64,000 bases of DNA, from positions 5,022,001-5,086,000 of the forward strand of contig JBNJNM010000011.1 in NCBI GenBank assembly GCA_052426225.1, written 5' to 3'. Under the pieces are notes generated by a model that was not told where the DNA came from, searched no databases, and saw nothing but the letters and a program-made list of their open reading frames with translations. A program made the position numbers and the translations under genes. Numbering within the stretch: the first letter of the stretch is position 1; each line of letters opens with the position of its first letter. Positions 62,256 to 64,000 of this stretch are shown here, piece after piece. Origin of the DNA: Zancudomyces culisetae HAW-14-8 (lineage: Eukaryota; Fungi; Kickxellomycota).

Positions 62256-62944
62256 TGTTGTATGCTTAGTTCTATCCAAGCTAAACTATTGGATAAACAG
62301 CATACAGCTTCTCAAACACCGAATAACCACCGTTATCTCGGGTGTTCGAGCTAGTAATCTGGGATTACTAGGGTGAAATTATCACCCAAAAAGTGAGTCA
62401 ATATTAAGTTTTGATTATTTTATTTTAAGTTTCTATTATATAAAGTTCTAATAAAATAGCTAGTCAGGTACTAGTATATTACTAGTAACCTCACCACAAG
62501 TTTGGTGGTTTTATCTTTTTATTTTTAAAAGTTATTCATTAAATAAAATACAAATTAGCTCTAAAATACTTGATTTTACTCTATAAAATTGAAATTTGTG
62601 ATTTGAGCAAAAACCTACCTAAAACCAAAAAAAAACATAGGTAGTGAAGCGTAACACAATTTTCAAAGGGTATCAGAAAGGTATCAGAGTCTAATTTTTG
62701 GACCAAAATTAATTGTTTTGCACACCAAATTTTAGGAGTTGGGCGTAATTTTACCCAGTTTTATCGCATTTATTGAAGTAATAAATATATAAAACTAAAT
62801 TAAATATAAGCTAAAAAGGTAGGGTTGACTGGTTAAATAAAGTAAAACTTATTCCAGTAACAATCCCCCTCTATTAGCAGAACTTTTTGTAGGTTTAGTT
62901 GCGGAAATTTCCTGAGAAATTTTCTGCAAACTAAAATTACAACA
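62256..62944 (+). repeat. Putative 5' LTR of element 2 (689 bp)
   Basis: 7-bp terminal inverted repeat TGTTGTA (62256-62262)/TACAACA (62938-62944) ending 1 nt before the PBS; the partner LTR is outside the window, so the left end is inferred. Confidence 0.65.
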
Positions 62945-62945
62945 G

Positions 62946-62963
62946 TGGGGGCTCTGCCGGGAA
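62946..62963 (+). promoter_or_regulatory. tRNA-Pro-type primer binding site of element 2
   Basis: TGGGGGCTCTGCCGGGAA resembles the known tRNA-Pro PBS TGGGGGCTCGTCCGGGAT and starts with TGG, complementary to the tRNA CCA end. Confidence 0.8.
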
Positions 62964-63363
62964 ACTACCAAAACACTTGGGAAGTCCCGCAATAACCACT
63001 CTAGTCAGCAATTAAGCTGCTAAAGGATTATTTTATAAGTATTAAAATATATCTGGAGCATTCTGGGTGAAATACCACAGTTTCTCGGGTGCGAAAGGTA
63101 ACTAGTCAGCGACTAAAGTTACCGAAAAAATTAATATTAATTAAAAGTTTCACCAGGAGTTTTTCCTGCAGGAAACATTAATTTTGGGTAGTTATACCTC
63201 AGAAAAATTAGCAGAAGGCTAGGAATAATAGTAAATTGGTACTATTCCTTTTGCGGAGATATTTTTCCGAGAAAACTCCCAATTAAAAATATAAAAAGTT
63301 AAAAGTTCCGAACAAGTTACGGGAAGAACTATTATTAAAGTAGTTAGTTTATACTACTAAAAA

Positions 63364-63627
63364 ATGGTTGGGAACACTGGTAAAAAAGTGATATCTAACC
63401 GCGGGGGTCCAGAAATTACTCCGTTTGATAGCGCAAACTGTCCCGATGTTGAGGACTGGTTGCATACATACGGTTTAATTTCATCTATGTATGGGTGGAA
63501 TGATGCAGAAAAACTCAAGTATCTTGAGCTGTACCTATCCGGGGAGGACAAGAAGTGGTTTAAAAGGCAATTGTCAACTTTGACAACCTGGGAAGCCGCT
63601 TCCAAGAAATTCCTGGAGCAGTTCGGT
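63364..63627 (+). pseudogene. gag: N-terminal part of element 2 gag, disrupted by LTR insertion
   Basis: PFDS..DVEDWL..Y......GWNDAEKL....LYLSG...KWF......TWE...KFLEQFG capsid-like pattern; sequence switches to element 1 LTR at 63628. Confidence 0.8.
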
Positions 63628-64000
63628 TGTCATGAACTGATTCTAGAATGTTCGAAAACGTTTTAGAATCATCAGATTTTATTCCGCAGTAATGTTTAGA
63701 ATGTTCCCCAACATTCTAGAACATTACCGAAAATTCACATTATTTATTAATTTTTCTTACGTAATAATTTTCACATGTTTAATTTTATTAGAATTTGAGT
63801 TTGATTTTTGTTTGATTACTAATCCAATTTGATTAGTAATCAAACACGTTTTTCTTTAGCTTGCATATTTAGCTATTCCGCAGTTTTCATAGTGATTATG
63901 TTCAAAAACCAAGGCTGGAAAAAAGTATAAAAAGGGTACAAATTTCCTGTCTTGGATTCAGTATCTAGTATCTTGTATACATTCATACAATAAACTTTAA
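63628..64000 (+). mobile_element. Third LTR copy of the element 1 family, truncated by the window end
   Basis: Starts TGTCATGAACTGATTCTAG; about 10 substitutions versus 56504-56876 counted by eye over 373 bp. Confidence 0.95.

Larger units (their letters stand above)
62256..63627 (+). mobile_element. 5' part of a second, unrelated Ty3/Gypsy-like LTR retrotransposon (element 2), interrupted at 63627
   Basis: Putative LTR TGTTGTA...TACAACA, then PBS, leader and gag-like ORF in canonical order. Confidence 0.8.

Overview
AT-rich eukaryotic DNA from a fungus. The apparently intron-free genes and low-complexity-rich proteins suggest an early-diverging lineage (inference only). From 1 to 54 kb the window is gene-bearing. 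It holds an SRF/Mcm1 MADS-box factor, a convergent pair of tiny 6-Cys secreted paralogs, an SDR, a His-rich membrane protein, two large orphan ORFs and a Dsf2/Nif1-like Sel1-repeat protein. It also holds an atypical protein kinase, SEC23 (split by one extra base), an Slh1/ASCC3 helicase, NOP58 and glycerol kinase. From 56.5 to 64 kb it is a nested LTR-retrotransposon cluster. The first element is a complete, very young Ty3/Gypsy chromovirus (56504-62216) with 412-bp LTRs and a GGTTA target-site duplication. It has no tRNA primer site but a Tf1-like self-priming structure, and a -1 frameshift site with an H-type pseudoknot. 34 bp past its TSD begins a second, tRNA-Pro-primed element whose gag is interrupted by a third LTR of the first family. 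The most notable observations are the self-priming RNA architecture, the gag-pol pseudoknot, the nesting, the SEC23 +1 frame break, the small Cys-rich pair, and G/C-skew inversions in the middle of genes.
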